NCBI GenBank assembly: GCA_963727485.1
Contig: CAVSGM010000011.1
Span: 800,001-864,000 of the forward strand
Source: an uncultured delta proteobacterium
GTDB taxonomy: Bacteria > Myxococcota > Myxococcia > SLRQ01
DNA: 64,000 bases
Direction of reading: 5' to 3'
The position numbers and the translations under genes were made by a program. The notes below the pieces were generated by a model that saw only the letters and a list, made by a program, of their open reading frames with translations, did not search any database and was not told the origin of the DNA. This document shows, in pieces, positions 19,963 through 33,128 of the stretch (its first letter is position 1; the number at the start of each line of letters is the position of its first letter).

Positions 19963-21234
19963 ATGCGTGTTACCAGCAGGTCCGGCGTCGCCGGTCGTTG
20001 GCGTCTCGGCCTCGTGGCCCTGGCGCCCCTGGCGGCCCTCGTCCTCGTCCAGCCCGCCCGGGCCCAGTACGAGATGCCGGAGGACCTGGCCAAGCAGAAG
20101 CCCCAGCCGGCCCAGCCCCAGCAGCCCGCAAAGCCGCCCCAGGACCAGAAGGCCCAGCAGGGCCAGGCGGCGCCCTCGGTCGCGGCCCCGGCCGCCGAGC
20201 CGGGCCTCCCGGGCCCCGCGCCGGACTTCAGCCAGGCCCCCGAGAGCTACACCGTCCAGAAGGGGGACACCCTCTGGGACATCAGCCAGAAGGTCCTCGG
20301 GAACCCCTGGTACTGGCCCAAGGTGTGGAGCCTGAACCCCCAGGTCGAGAACCCGAACTGGATCTACCCGGGGAACGTCATCACCTTCACCGGTGGCGGC
20401 GAGCAGCTCCCGGCCCAGGTCCAGGGCCAGGCCCAGGAGGGCCAGGGCCCCGACTTCGGCACGCCCGAGCAGGTCGCCGCGAACCAGGCCGTGGTCTCGG
20501 GCCCCAAGAGCCTGACCTACGTGCCCAAGACCAGCGCCCAGGTGGTCGACCGGGGCTTCATCACCCCCCGGGAGCTCACCGCCGCCGGGTCCATCGGCGC
20601 CTCCTACGAGCCCAAGAGCCTCCTCTCCACCTTCGACAAGGTCTACCTGACCTTCAAGAACCGGGGCGCGGTCAAGGTCGGCGACCGGTTCATCGCCTTC
20701 AAGACCGAGCGGGCGGTCCACGACCCCCGCACCGGGGCCCTGGTGGGCTACTTCACCAAGCTCCTGGGCACGGTCCGGGTCACCCGGAAGCCCGGCCGCG
20801 GCGCCCTCACCGGCCAGATCGGCGCGGTCCTCGACGCCATCGAGCGCGGTGACCGGCTCATCCCCTACACCGACGCCTTCACCCGGACGGTGGTGAACCG
20901 GCCGAACCAGGTCGAGCTCGACGGCATCATCCTCGCCACCCTGAAGCCCCAGCTCGTCCTCATCGGCGAGTACAACTACGTGTTCATCAACAAGGGCCGG
21001 AAGGACGGGGTCGAGGTGGGCAACACCTTCTCCATCCTCCACCGGGGCAATCCCCTCACCAGGGACCAGAAGATCCCCGACAAGGCCCTCCCCTGGGAGC
21101 CCGTGGGGACCGCCATGGTCGTGGAGGTCCGGGACGACGCCTCGACCGCCCTGGTCACCCGGAGCATCGAGGCTTTGAGCACCGGCGATCGGGCGGTGAT
21201 GCGGGTCGCCGGGCAGCGGCAGGCGGCCCGGTAG
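19963..21234 (+). CDS. tsaP: LysM peptidoglycan-binding protein, TsaP-like (type IV pilus secretin-associated)
   Basis: Signal peptide; YTVQKGDTLWDIS..NPWYWPKVWSLNPQVENPNWIYPG; VFINKGRKDGVEVG; directly upstream of dprA as is typical. Confidence 0.75.
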   Translation: MRVTSRSGVAGRWRLGLVALAPLAALVLVQPARAQYEMPEDLAKQKPQPAQPQQPAKPPQDQKAQQGQAAPSVAAPAAEPGLPGPAPDFSQAPESYTVQKGDTLWDISQKVLGNPWYWPKVWSLNPQVENPNWIYPGNVITFTGGGEQLPAQVQGQAQEGQGPDFGTPEQVAANQAVVSGPKSLTYVPKTSAQVVDRGFITPRELTAAGSIGASYEPKSLLSTFDKVYLTFKNRGAVKVGDRFIAFKTERAVHDPRTGALVGYFTKLLGTVRVTRKPGRGALTGQIGAVLDAIERGDRLIPYTDAFTRTVVNRPNQVELDGIILATLKPQLVLIGEYNYVFINKGRKDGVEVGNTFSILHRGNPLTRDQKIPDKALPWEPVGTAMVVEVRDDASTALVTRSIEALSTGDRAVMRVAGQRQAAR

Positions 21235-21269
21235 GAGCCTCCCAGGGCGGGCCTCGTGCCCCACCCCGA

Positions 21270-21295
21270 GACGGCCGTCCCCAGGGGCGGCCGTC
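21270..21295. terminator. GC-rich hairpin after tsaP
   Basis: GACGGCCGTCCC-CA-GGGGCGGCCGTC. Confidence 0.45.
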
Positions 21296-21317
21296 GTCCG
21301 TTCGGGGGGCGGGCGCC

Positions 21318-21347
21318 TTGACGAGTGTCAGACCCCCTCGTTATAGA
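21318..21347 (+). promoter_or_regulatory. Putative sigma70 promoter of dprA-topA
   Basis: TTGACG-18nt-TATAGA. Confidence 0.55.
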
Positions 21348-21420
21348 CAGGCGCCCTCGAGCCCGGGGGTCCCGTGACATATCCGTCGCGGACCGAGCCG
21401 GAAGGGAGCGGGAGCACCTC

Positions 21421-22644
21421 TTGAAAGACTGGACCGAGTCCGACGCCTTGGCGGCCCTGGCCATCCTCCCCGGGGTGGGCCCCCGAAGCCTCGACCACAT
21501 CCGGCAGCACTACCGGTCCTTCGCCTCGGCGGTCGTCGCCGACCGCGAGGATCTGGCCAACCATGCCGCCGCCGCCTCCCCGGGGGCCGGGCGCGGCATC
21601 CGCGAGACCGGGGACCTCCGGGCCCACCTCGAGCACGTCCGGGATCAGGCCGGGGTCGCCGGGGCCCGCCTCGTCACCCGCTTCGACCCGGGCTGGCCCC
21701 AGCGCCTGGCCGACCTCGCCGCCGACGAGCTCGAGAGCCTCCCGCCCGCGAGCCTCTTCGTCCGGGGCCGCCTCGACGCCCTCGAGTCCCGGTTCAGCGT
21801 CGCCATCGTGGGCAGCCGCCACCCCGACACCCTGGCCCGGACCCAGACCCGCGCCCTGGCCCGGGAGCTCGCGGAGGCCGGGGTGGTGGTGGTCAGCGGC
21901 GGCGCCACCGGGGTCGACAAGGAGGCCCACCTCGCCGCCCTCGCCGCCGGCGGGGAGACCATCGTGGTCCAGGGCACGGGCATCGACGTGCCCTATCCCA
22001 AGCGCCACCGGGGCCTCTTCGACGAGGTCGTCGAGGCCGGTGGGGCGGTGGTCTCGGAGATGGGCCCCGGAATCGAAGCGAAGCCGGGCCTGTTCCCCCG
22101 CCGCAATCGCATCGTCTCCGGGCTCGCGGACCTGGTGGTGGTGGTCGCGGCCACGGGCACCTCCGGGTCGCTGATCACCGCCTCCCACGCCGTGAGCCAG
22201 GGCCGCCCCGTGTGCGCGGTCCCCGGCGATCCCCGCCGGGGCCTCTCCCAGGGGACCAACCGCCTGCTGGTCCGTGGCGCCGCCGCGGTCCTCGAGGCCT
22301 CCGACGTGATCGAGTACCTCTTCGAGATCCATGGCGCCGCCCGCGATGGCGGGCTGGCCGCCGACTGGCTCGCCGGCCGGCGCAGCCAGGAGACCGACGG
22401 AGCCCTGGCGGTGGGCCCCGAGCTGCCGCTGACGCCCCGGGCCCACCGGGTGCTCCAGCGGCTCGATACCCTGCCCCGGGGCGCCGAGTTTCTCGGCCAC
22501 GGCACCGGCCTCTCCGGCGCCGAGATCGCCGCGGCCCTCTCCGAGCTGGAGATGGCCGGGTTGGCAGAACGCGCCGCCGGTGGCTACGTTCTCGCGGGCG
22601 CCGTCCGCGCCCCAGACCTCGAGGAGGGGCCCGGGAAGCGGTAG
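21421..22644 (+). CDS. dprA: DNA-processing protein DprA
   Basis: VAIVGSR, VVSGGATGVDKEAH, FPRRNRIVSGL, SGSLITA, AVPG..GTNRL; C-terminal winged helix; TTG start with SD. Confidence 0.93.
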   Translation: MKDWTESDALAALAILPGVGPRSLDHIRQHYRSFASAVVADREDLANHAAAASPGAGRGIRETGDLRAHLEHVRDQAGVAGARLVTRFDPGWPQRLADLAADELESLPPASLFVRGRLDALESRFSVAIVGSRHPDTLARTQTRALARELAEAGVVVVSGGATGVDKEAHLAALAAGGETIVVQGTGIDVPYPKRHRGLFDEVVEAGGAVVSEMGPGIEAKPGLFPRRNRIVSGLADLVVVVAATGTSGSLITASHAVSQGRPVCAVPGDPRRGLSQGTNRLLVRGAAAVLEASDVIEYLFEIHGAARDGGLAADWLAGRRSQETDGALAVGPELPLTPRAHRVLQRLDTLPRGAEFLGHGTGLSGAEIAAALSELEMAGLAERAAGGYVLAGAVRAPDLEEGPGKR

Positions 22645-22682
22645 CCCCGGATGACCCCCGTCCAGGAAGGAGAGCCTCTCTC

Positions 22683-24993
22683 TTGAGCCAGTATCTCGTC
22701 GTCGTCGAGTCGCCTGCCAAGGCGAAGACCATCAAGAAGTATCTGGGCAAGGAGTACACGGTGAAGGCCTCCGTGGGCCACGTGAAGGACCTGCCCAAGT
22801 CCAAGCTCGGCGTGGACGTCGAGCACGATTTCGCGCCCGAGTACCAGGTGATCCGCGGCAAGGGGAAGGTGCTCCAGGAGATCAAGAAGGCGGCCAAGTC
22901 CGCCTCCAAGGTCTTCCTCGCCCCCGACCCCGACCGTGAGGGTGAGGCCATCGCCTGGCACATCGCCCAGGAGCTCAAGGGCAAGAAGGGCGCCGCCGGT
23001 CCCGAGGTGGTCCGGGTGCTCTTCAACGAGATCACCAAGCGCGCGGTGCAGGAGGCGGTGCAGCACCCGCTCCAGCTCGACGAGAGCAAGTACAACTCCC
23101 AGCAGGCCCGGCGCATCCTCGACCGGCTGGTGGGCTACCAGATCAGCCCGCTCTTGTGGCGCAAGGTCCGCCGGGGGCTCTCCGCAGGAAGGGTCCAGTC
23201 GGTGGCGGTGCGCCTGGTGGTCGAGCGCGAGCGCGAGATCGGCGCCTTCGTCGCCGAGGAGTACTGGACCATCGACGCCCTGCTCGCCGGGGCCCACCCG
23301 CCGGCCTTCACCGCGCGGCTGGCCAAGATCGACGGGAAGAAGGCGAAGGTCGCCGGCGAGGCCGAGGCCAGGCAGATCGTCGCCGAGCTCGAGAAGGCCG
23401 ACTACAAGGTCACCAAGGTCGAGCGCAAGGAGCGCCGGCGCAAGGCGCCCGCGCCCTTCATCACCTCGCGGCTCCAGCAGGAGGCCAGCAACCGCCTCCG
23501 GTTCACCGCCAAGAAGACCATGACCCTGGCCCAGCGCCTCTACGAGGGCGTGGAGCTCGGGGAAGAGGGCAGCGTCGGCCTCATCACCTACATGCGTACC
23601 GACTCCACGCGGCTCTCGGACGAGGCCGTCACCGGGGTCCGCGAGTACATCGGCACCACCTTCGGCGCCGAGTCGGTCCCCGAGAAGCCCAACTTCTACA
23701 AGAGCGGCAAGCAGGCCCAGGACGCCCACGAGGCGATCCGGCCCACCTCCGTCGAGTACCCGCCCGAGAAGGTGAAGAAGTTCCTCGACCGGGACATGTT
23801 CCGCCTCTACGAGCTCATCTGGAAGCGCTTCGTCGCCTGCCAGATGACGCCGGCGGTCTACGACCAGACCAAGGTCGAGACCACCGCCGGCCGCTACGTC
23901 CTCGCCGCCACCGGCTCCATCCTCAAGAAGGCCGGGTGGCTCGCCGCCTACGGCGAGCGCACCGAGGAGGACGAGGAGCGCGCCGACAAGGGCCAGGAGG
24001 ACGAGAACGGCACCGGGCGCCAGCTCCCCGACCTCAACGAGGGCGAGACCCTCAAGCTCGAGAAGCTCGACCCGGTCCAGCACTTCACCCAGCCGCCGCC
24101 CCGGTTCAACGAGGCGAGCCTGGTGAAGGAGCTCGAGGAGAAGGGCATCGGCCGGCCGTCGACCTACGCCTCCATCCTCTCGGTCATCCAGGACAAGGAG
24201 TACGTGAAGAAGGACGAGGGGCGCTTCCACCCCACCGACCTCGGCGTCCTGGTGACCGACCTGCTCGTCGAGAGCTTTCCCCAGGTCCTCGACGTCACCT
24301 TCACCGCCGAGATGGAGAACCAGCTCGACGGAGTGGAGCAGGGCAAGGTCGACTACCTCGAGGTCCTCAAGCGCTTCTACGGCCCCTTCGCCGACGACCC
24401 TGAAGAAGGCCGAGGAGCACATGCGCGACGTCAAGCGCGAGGAGACCCCCACCGACCTCACCTGCGAGAAGTGCGGGTCGGCGATGGTCATCAAGTGGGG
24501 GCGCAACGGGCGCTTCCTCGCCTGCTCCGGCTACCCCGACTGCAAGAACACCGCCGACTTCCGCGAGAAGGAGGACGGGACCATCGAGGTGGTGGGCGAG
24601 GAGGAGACCGACGAGAAGTGCCCCACCTGTGGCAAGCCCATGGTGGTGAAGCGCGGGCGCTTCGGGCGGTTCCTCGCCTGCTCGGGCTACCCCGAGTGCA
24701 AGACCAGCAAGCCCATCAGCGTCGGGGTCGACTGCCCCGAGTGCGGCAAGGGCTACTTCACCGAGCGGCGCAGCCGCCGGGGCAAGACCTTCTACGGCTG
24801 CAGCAACTACCCCGAGTGCAAGAACGCCCTCTGGGACCGGCCGGTGGACAAGCACTGCCCCCACTGCGAGAGCCCGTTCCTGCTGCAGAAGTACACCCAG
24901 AAGACCGGGCCCTACCTGGCGTGCCCCAACAAGGAGTGCGGCTACAAGGGCCCGATCGACGAGGGCGAGAAGGCCGCCGCCGCCGGGGGCTGA
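22683..24993 (+). CDS. topA: DNA topoisomerase I (1-nt frameshift near 24395, probably an assembly error)
   Basis: LVVVESPAKAKTI, DPDREGEAI, SAGRVQS, ITYMRTDS, GIGRPSTY; four C-terminal zinc ribbons in the shifted frame. Confidence 0.96.
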
Positions 24994-24994
24994 T

Positions 24995-25027
24995 CCCGGC
25001 CGCCGCCGGTGAGGGCGGCGGGCCGGG
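24995..25027. terminator. Hairpin between convergent topA and potassium-channel genes
   Basis: CCCGGCCGCCGCC-loop-GGCGGC(G)GGCCGGG. Confidence 0.45.
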
Positions 25028-25038
25028 CGCGTCACCGG

Positions 25039-26133
25039 CTACCTCGCCTCGGGCCCGACGGCCGGGGCGGGGGCGGGCCGGGCCCCGTGGAGCTGGGCGA
25101 TCTGCTGCTCGGCGGCGAGCACGATGACGATGTCGCCGCTGGCGACCCGGGCGTCGCCCCGGGGGCCCACCACCAGCTGGCCCCCGGCCTTGCGCACCCC
25201 GAGGACGGTGGTCCCCGGGGCCTGGGCGAAGCCCTCGGCCAGGGTCACCCCGTCGAGGACCGAGCCGGCCCGGACCTCGAGCTCGGCGAGGATGAGCTCG
25301 CCGTGGCGCCCGGTGGCGAGGGTGTCCACGAAGTCGGTGATCAGGGGCTGGAGGGCCGAGAGCATCATCCGCCGGCCGCTGATGGCGTGGGGCGAGACCA
25401 CCCGGTCGACGCCGGCGAGGCGAAGCTTGGCCTCGCTGGTGGGCACCTCCGAGCGGGCGACGATGTAGAGGCTCGGGTTGAGCTTCTTGGCCGTCAGCGC
25501 GATGTAGACGTTCACCGCGTCGGAGTTGGCGGCGGCGCACAGGGCCCGGGCGCTGTCGAGCCGGGCCTCCTGGAGCACCGCTTCCTCGGCGGCGCTCCCC
25601 TCGATGACCGGGAAGCCCTCGTCGACGGCGGCCTTCACCGCCTCCGGGTCCGGGTCCACCACCACCAGGTCGGTGCCCCGCTCGGCGAAGCCGTGGGCGA
25701 TCTCCTGGCCCACCCGGCCGAAGCCGCAGATGACGTAGTGCTGCTTCATCGCCGCGATGCGTCGCATCATCAGCCGCCTTTCGTAGTTGCGCCGCAGGTC
25801 GCCCTCGACCACCGTCGCCACCAGGAGGGTCAGGGTGTAGAAGACCGTGCCCACCCCGGTGATGATGAGGACGATGGTGAACACCTTCGCCGCCGGGCCG
25901 AAGGGCCTGATCTCCTCGAAGCCCACGGTGGAGAGGGTGGTGAGGGCCTGGTAGAGGCCGTCGAGGGGGCCGACGCGCAGCAGCAGGCTGTAGCCCACCG
26001 TCCCCACCGCGGTGAGGACCGTGAGCATCAGGACTGGCAGGCGCAGGTGCTTGAGCGCCAGGACCAGGTCCACGGCGGCGCGCAGCCACCCGAAGGGGCC
26101 CGGCGGCGTTCGCCGTCGTGTGCGTCGGGTCAC
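25039..26133 (-). CDS. Potassium channel with RCK_N/RCK_C (TrkA-like) domains
   Basis: Two TMs around pore [16 protein letters not shown]; TrkA_C-type tail; GTG 26133 chosen from a -10 box (ATG 26154 is an alternative). Confidence 0.9.
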   Translation of the reverse strand: MTRRTRRRTPPGPFGWLRAAVDLVLALKHLRLPVLMLTVLTAVGTVGYSLLLRVGPLDGLYQALTTLSTVGFEEIRPFGPAAKVFTIVLIITGVGTVFYTLTLLVATVVEGDLRRNYERRLMMRRIAAMKQHYVICGFGRVGQEIAHGFAERGTDLVVVDPDPEAVKAAVDEGFPVIEGSAAEEAVLQEARLDSARALCAAANSDAVNVYIALTAKKLNPSLYIVARSEVPTSEAKLRLAGVDRVVSPHAISGRRMMLSALQPLITDFVDTLATGRHGELILAELEVRAGSVLDGVTLAEGFAQAPGTTVLGVRKAGGQLVVGPRGDARVASGDIVIVLAAEQQIAQLHGARPAPAPAVGPEAR

Positions 26134-26227
26134 GAGGGTAGGGTAGAGGCCCATGCTCCGGGGCGCCACCGGCCGGGGCCGGGGCCGGGGAAGTGGCGCG
26201 GGCTTGCGGGCGCGGTACGATCGGGCC

Positions 26228-27133
26228 ATGTCCCTCGTCGATCGCTTCGCCGAACACCTGGCCCGGGAGAAGAACGCCTCGCCGAACACGGTGCGCGCCT
26301 ACCGCCGGGACCTGGGGCAGCTGGTGGACTGGCTGGTGGACGAGGGCCTCGCGGCCAGCGCCGAGGACGACGCGGTGTGGGCGCGCCTCGACCGGATGCG
26401 CCTGCGGACCTGGCTCGCCCACCGCCACGGGCGCTCGAGCCCGGCGACGGTGATGCGCAAGCTGGCGAGCCTGCGGACCTTCTACCGGTGGCTCGCCCGG
26501 GAGGGCGTGGTCGAGGCGAACCCGGCGGCGCTCCTGGCGACGCCCAAGCAGCCCAAACGCCTCCCCAAGGCGCTGCCGGTCGACGAGGTCTTCGCCCTGG
26601 TCGAGGCGCCGGACGACCACGAGATCCTCGGGGTGCGCGACGCGGCGATCCTCGAGCTGCTCTACGGCGGCGGGCTCCGGGTCTCCGAGGCCACCGGCCT
26701 GAAGGTCGGCGACCTCGACCTCGCCTCCGCCTCGGTGCGGGTGATGGGCAAGGGGCGCAAGGAGCGGCTGGTGCCCATCGGCCGCAAGGCCATCGCCGCC
26801 CTGGAGCGGTGGCTCGCCCGGCGGGGGGAGCTCCTCCGCGAGGGGCAGGACGACCCCGGGGCCCTCTTCCTCGGGCGCCTGGGGACGCCGCTGACCAGCC
26901 GGCAGGTGGCGCGGCGCCTCGACCACCACGTGCAGGCGGTGGCCCTCAAGCGCAACGTCTCCCCCCACGCCCTGCGCCACAGCTTCGCCACCCACCTCCT
27001 CGGCGGGGGCGCGGACCTCCGGGCGATCCAGGAGCTGCTCGGTCACGCGTCGCTCTCGACCACCCAGCGCTACACCCACGTGTCGGTGGAGCACCTGATG
27101 CAGGTCTACGACAAGGCCCACCCGAAGGCGTAG
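26228..27133 (+). CDS. xerC: Tyrosine recombinase XerC
   Basis: [55 protein letters not shown]; topA..xerC-hslVU synteny. Confidence 0.92.
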   Translation: MSLVDRFAEHLAREKNASPNTVRAYRRDLGQLVDWLVDEGLAASAEDDAVWARLDRMRLRTWLAHRHGRSSPATVMRKLASLRTFYRWLAREGVVEANPAALLATPKQPKRLPKALPVDEVFALVEAPDDHEILGVRDAAILELLYGGGLRVSEATGLKVGDLDLASASVRVMGKGRKERLVPIGRKAIAALERWLARRGELLREGQDDPGALFLGRLGTPLTSRQVARRLDHHVQAVALKRNVSPHALRHSFATHLLGGGADLRAIQELLGHASLSTTQRYTHVSVEHLMQVYDKAHPKA

Positions 27134-27204
27134 GCGCGTCGCCGGCCCGGCTTTCCCCGCCGGGCCCTTGCCATCCCCGGGCTCGTGCGCATGATGGGGC
27201 GCAC

Positions 27205-27743
27205 ATGAGCCACGAGACACCCCACGGAACGACCATCCTCTGCGTCCGCCAGGGCGGGAAGACGGTCATGGCGGGCGACGGACAGGTCACCCTGGGCAAC
27301 ACGGTGATGAAGGCGACGGCCCAGAAGGTCCGGCGCCTCTACGACGGCAAGGTGATCTCCGGCTTCGCCGGGTCCACCGCCGACGCCTTCACCCTCTTCG
27401 AGAAGTTCGAGGCCAAGCTCCAGGCCTACTCGGGGAACCTCAAGCGCGCCTGCGTGGAGCTCGCCAAGGACTGGCGCACCGACAAGTACCTGCGCCGCCT
27501 CGAGGCCATGCTCATCGTCGCCGACGCCGACACCATGCTGCTGCTCTCGGGCAGCGGCGACGTCATCGAGCCCGACACCCCGGTGGTCGCGGTGGGCTCC
27601 GGGGGGCCCTACGCCCTGGCCGCCGCCCGGGCGCTCTCCGAGAACACCGACCTGCCCGCCCGGACCGTCGCCGAGAAGGCCATGGCCATCGCCGGGGACA
27701 TCTGCATCTACACCAACGCCAACGTGGTGTTCGAGGAGATCGC

Positions 27744-27747
<4 letters not shown>
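27205..27747 (+). CDS. hslV: ATP-dependent protease subunit HslV
   Basis: [41 protein letters not shown]. Confidence 0.97.
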
Positions 27748-29165
<1,418 letters not shown>

Positions 29166-29221
29166 CCGGATGACCCGGCGCGCCGGGGCCGGCCAGGCTC
29201 TGCGCGGGCGGACGAACCGGG

Positions 29222-29899
29222 CTAGAGCTTGTAGCGCTCGGCCCGGCGCGCGTGGCGCTCGGCCTTCCAGGCGTGGCGCTCGGCCCGGCGGGCGTGGCGG
29301 GCGGCGCGGCGGTACTCCCGCCAGTCGGCGTGGCCGCCCTCGGGGAGGGCCGCGCGCGCCGGCGCGTCGTAGGGCCCGAGATAGAGGTCGATGGCCCGGC
29401 GACCGAGCTTCACCCCGAAGACCACGGCGACGATGGTGAGGAGGACGCCGTGGGTGAGGAAGAGCAGGTCGAGGACGCCGATGACCCCCAGGGTCAGGAG
29501 GTCGTGGGCCGCCCGGCGCTTGAAGCGCGCCTTCTCGGCGGCGAGGGGGTCGGCGGAGACCGGGGCCATGCTCGCCTCGGCGGCCTGGGTCGGGTCACCG
29601 GCTTGGGGGGCCGGCCGGGCGGGGACGGGCTCGGCGGCGCGGGCCTTCCGGCCCTGGGCTTTGCCCTTGCCCGCGGTGGCCGCCGGGGGCTCGGGGGTCG
29701 CCGCCCGGCGCAGGGCGTGCTCGGAGATGTCGAGGTCGCCGGCGATCTCCACCAGATCCGGCCAGCTCACCCGATCGGCGCCGGCGAGCGGCGCGGTCGG
29801 GGGCGCCGCCTTCGCGGTGGTCGCCCGGCGGATGATGGCGCCGACCTCCTCGACCGAGTAGGTGCGCGACTCGACGGGGCCTTCGTCTGACTTCGCCAT
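29222..29899 (-). CDS. 2TM-domain-like membrane protein
   Basis: [25 protein letters not shown]-terminus, two TM segments, basic repetitive tail. Confidence 0.65.
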   Translation of the reverse strand: MAKSDEGPVESRTYSVEEVGAIIRRATTAKAAPPTAPLAGADRVSWPDLVEIAGDLDISEHALRRAATPEPPAATAGKGKAQGRKARAAEPVPARPAPQAGDPTQAAEASMAPVSADPLAAEKARFKRRAAHDLLTLGVIGVLDLLFLTHGVLLTIVAVVFGVKLGRRAIDLYLGPYDAPARAALPEGGHADWREYRRAARHARRAERHAWKAERHARRAERYKL

Positions 29900-30112
29900 G
29901 GCCAAAGGGTACGCCTCCATGGGGTGTCCCGCCACTGTCGGCGTCGGCCGTGGGGCCGGCGCCGCAAGGGCGGACGGGGTGCCGGAACGGGCGGCGGACG
30001 GCCCCGGCGCCGGGCGTCTGACGACTGGCGGGCGCCGGGGCCGCAGCCGCGCGCCCGGCACCCCAAGCGCCCCCTTGCGGCCGGCGCGCCGGAATGCTTC
30101 GATGCCGGCCCC

Positions 30113-31015
30113 ATGGAGCGTGCCCAGGAGACCGCCCGCGTCCTCATCGAGGCGCTGCCCTACATCCGCCGGTTCGCCGGCCGGACCGTCGTCATCAAGT
30201 ACGGCGGCAACGCCATGGTCGACGACGCCCTCAAGGAGACCTTCGCCCTCGACGTGGTGCTCCTCAAGTACGTGGGGGTGCGCCCGGTGGTGGTCCACGG
30301 CGGCGGCCCCCAGATCGGCAAGGTCCTGGAGCGCATGGGCATCGCCTCCCGCTTCGTCGAGGGCCTGCGGGTGACCGACGACGAGACCATGGACGTGGTG
30401 GAGATGGTGCTCGTGGGCCAGGTGAACAAGGAGATCGTCTCGCTCCTCAACCAGGGTGGCGGCCGGGCCGTGGGCCTCTCGGGGAAGGACGGGCGGATGA
30501 TCCGCGCCCGGAAGATCACCATCGAGAGCCGCCCCGCCGCCAACAAGGCCCCGGAGATCGTCGACCCCGGGCGGGTGGGGGACGTGGCCGCGGTGGACCC
30601 CTCGGTCATCGGCTCCCTCGAGGACGCCGGCTACATCCCGGTCATCGCCCCGGTGGGCGTCGACGACGCCGGCCGGGCCCTGAACATCAACGCCGACACC
30701 GTGGCCGGCCGCGTCGCCGGGGCCCTCAAGGCCGATCGGCTGCTCCTGCTCACCGACACCGTGGGGGTCAAGGACGCCGCCGGCGCCCTCGTCCCCGAGC
30801 TCGACACCGCGGGCGCCGAGGGCCTCATCCACGACGGCACCGCCATAGGCGGCATGATCCCCAAGCTGCGCTGCTGCCTCCAGGCGCTCGCCCACGGCGT
30901 GGGCGCCGCCACCATCCTCGACGGCCGCGTGCCCCACGCGGTCCTCCTCGAGCTGCTCACCGACCGGGGTGTGGGCACCGTGATCCGCGACGCCCCCCCG
31001 AAGGAGACCCCATGA
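30113..31015 (+). CDS. argB: Acetylglutamate kinase
   Basis: [40 protein letters not shown]. Confidence 0.97.
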   Translation: MERAQETARVLIEALPYIRRFAGRTVVIKYGGNAMVDDALKETFALDVVLLKYVGVRPVVVHGGGPQIGKVLERMGIASRFVEGLRVTDDETMDVVEMVLVGQVNKEIVSLLNQGGGRAVGLSGKDGRMIRARKITIESRPAANKAPEIVDPGRVGDVAAVDPSVIGSLEDAGYIPVIAPVGVDDAGRALNINADTVAGRVAGALKADRLLLLTDTVGVKDAAGALVPELDTAGAEGLIHDGTAIGGMIPKLRCCLQALAHGVGAATILDGRVPHAVLLELLTDRGVGTVIRDAPPKETP

Positions 31016-32199
31016 GCCTCACGCAAGACCTCATCGCCTCGGGCCAGGCCCACCAGTTCCGCAACTACCGCCAGCCGGACTTCGTGCTGGCCAAGGGCGA
31101 GGGCGCCTGGGTCGAGGACCTCGACGGCAAGCGCTACCTCGACCTCATCGCCGGCATCGCCACCTGCGGCCTGGGCCACCGCCACCCCAAGGTCGCCGCG
31201 GCGGTGCACGCCCAGGTCGACAAGCTGTGGCACGTCTCGAACCTCTACTGGACCGAGCCGGCCATCCGCCTGGCCGAGAAGCTCACCGCCACCTCCTTCG
31301 CCGACCGGGTGTTCTTCTGCAACTCCGGCGCCGAGGCCAACGAGGGCGCCATCAAGCTCGCCCGGCGCTACCACCACGACCGGGGCGAGGCGCGTCACGA
31401 GATCCTCGCCTTCGAGCACTCGTTCCACGGGCGCACCATGGGCGCCCTGGCCGCCACCGGCCAGCCCAAGTACCACGAGGGCTTCGGGCCCATGCCCGCG
31501 GGCTTCGTCCACGTGCCCTACGGCGACCTCGAGGCGGTCAGGGCCAAGGCCGGCGCCGGCACCGCGGCGATCATGCTCGAGCCGCTCCAGGGCGAGGCGG
31601 GGATCCTCGCGCCCCCCGAGGGCTTCCTCGCGGAGCTGCGCAAGCTCTGCGACGAGCTCGGCGCCCTGCTCATCCTCGACGAGGTGCAGTCGGGGATGGG
31701 GCGCACCGGGAAGCTCTGGGCCCACGAGTGGACCGGCGTCACCCCGGACATCATGACCAGCGCCAAGGCGCTGGGCAGCGGCCTGCCCATCGGGGCGCTG
31801 CTGGCCACCGAGGAGGTCGCCAAGAGCTTCGTCCCCGGGACCCACGCCTCGACCTTCGGCGGCAACCCCGTCGCCTGCGCCTCGGCGCTCGCCACCCTCG
31901 AGGTGCTCCTCGACGACGGCGCCCTCGAGGCAGGCGCCCGGGCCGCCGCCCACCTGCGCGAGCAGGTCGAGTCCGAGCTGGTGGGCAAGGGGCCCGTCAC
32001 CGGCGTGCGCGGCCAGGGCATGTGGCTCGGCCTCCTGGTCGAGTCCGGCGCCCGGGACCTCCTCGCCTCGGCCATGGAGGCCGGGGTCCTGGTCAACGCC
32101 ATCGGCCAGACCATCCTCCGCCTCGCCCCGCCCCTCACCCTCACCGAGGCCGAGATCGACGAGGCGGTGGGGCGCCTCGCCCAGGCCTGGAACCGCTGA
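31012..32199 (+). CDS. argD: Acetylornithine aminotransferase
   Basis: [47 protein letters not shown]. Confidence 0.95.
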   Translation: MSLTQDLIASGQAHQFRNYRQPDFVLAKGEGAWVEDLDGKRYLDLIAGIATCGLGHRHPKVAAAVHAQVDKLWHVSNLYWTEPAIRLAEKLTATSFADRVFFCNSGAEANEGAIKLARRYHHDRGEARHEILAFEHSFHGRTMGALAATGQPKYHEGFGPMPAGFVHVPYGDLEAVRAKAGAGTAAIMLEPLQGEAGILAPPEGFLAELRKLCDELGALLILDEVQSGMGRTGKLWAHEWTGVTPDIMTSAKALGSGLPIGALLATEEVAKSFVPGTHASTFGGNPVACASALATLEVLLDDGALEAGARAAAHLREQVESELVGKGPVTGVRGQGMWLGLLVESGARDLLASAMEAGVLVNAIGQTILRLAPPLTLTEAEIDEAVGRLAQAWNR

Positions 32200-33113
32200 T
32201 GACCCACCTCCTGTCCCTGGCCGACCACGGCCGTAAGACCCTCGAGGCGCTCCTGGCCCGGGCCGTCGAGCTCAAGGCGCAGCGCCACGCGGGCACGCCC
32301 CACACCCCGCTCACCGGCAAGAGCCTGGTGCTCATCTTCGAGAAGGCCTCCACCCGCACCCGGGTGAGCTTCGAGGTGGGCATGTACCAGCTCGGGGGAC
32401 ACGCGGTGATCCTCTCGCCCCGGGACTCGCAGATCGGCCGGGGCGAGCCCCTCGAGGACACCGCCCGGGTCCTCTCGCGCTACGCCGACGGCATCGTCAT
32501 CCGCACCTTCGACCAGGCCACCGTCGCCGCCTTCGCCGGCCACGCCACCGTCCCCGTGATCAACGGGCTGACCGACGCCCTGCACCCCTGCCAGGTCCTC
32601 GCCGACCTCCAGACCATCGTCGAGCGCCGGGGCCCCCTGGAGGAGCAGGTGATCGCCTGGGTCGGCGACGGGAACAACATGGCCCACTCCTACCTCAACG
32701 CCGCCCGGGTCCTGGGCTTCGAGCTGCGGCTGGCCTGCCCCGCGGGCTACCACCCCGAGGCCCGCTACCTCGACGGCGTCGCCACCGCCACCCTCACCGA
32801 GGACCCGGCGGAGGCCGTCGACGGCGCCACGGTGGTGGTCACCGACGTCTGGGCGAGCATGGGCCAGGAGGCGGAGCAGCAGGCCCGGGAGCAGGCCTTC
32901 GCCGGCTTCCGCCTCGACGACGCGCTCCTCGCCGGCGCCGCCGCCGACCACCTGGTGCTCCACTGCCTCCCGGCCCACCGGGGCGAGGAGATCAGCGCCG
33001 AGGTCCTCGAGGGCCCCCACTCGGCGGTCTTCGACGCCGCCGAGAACCGCCTCCACGTCCAGAAGGCGCTCCTCGAGTGGCTCCTGGCGCCGGAGGCCTC
33101 GCCGGTCCCCTGA
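32199..33113 (+). CDS. argF: Ornithine carbamoyltransferase
   Basis: FEKASTRTRVSF, HPCQ, WVGDGNN, WASMGQE, HCLPAHRG. Confidence 0.97.
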   Translation: MTHLLSLADHGRKTLEALLARAVELKAQRHAGTPHTPLTGKSLVLIFEKASTRTRVSFEVGMYQLGGHAVILSPRDSQIGRGEPLEDTARVLSRYADGIVIRTFDQATVAAFAGHATVPVINGLTDALHPCQVLADLQTIVERRGPLEEQVIAWVGDGNNMAHSYLNAARVLGFELRLACPAGYHPEARYLDGVATATLTEDPAEAVDGATVVVTDVWASMGQEAEQQAREQAFAGFRLDDALLAGAAADHLVLHCLPAHRGEEISAEVLEGPHSAVFDAAENRLHVQKALLEWLLAPEASPVP

Positions 33114-33128
33114 GCGGGTCGCGGCGAC

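Noticed and set aside
22683..24993. topA and other split genes as pseudogenes or programmed frameshifts
   Set aside because: Single indels with intact flanks and no slippery-site signature; assembly error is more likely
26228..27133. Tyrosine recombinase as a prophage or island integrase
   Set aside because: Sequence and topA/hslVU context fit chromosomal XerC; no att site or phage genes
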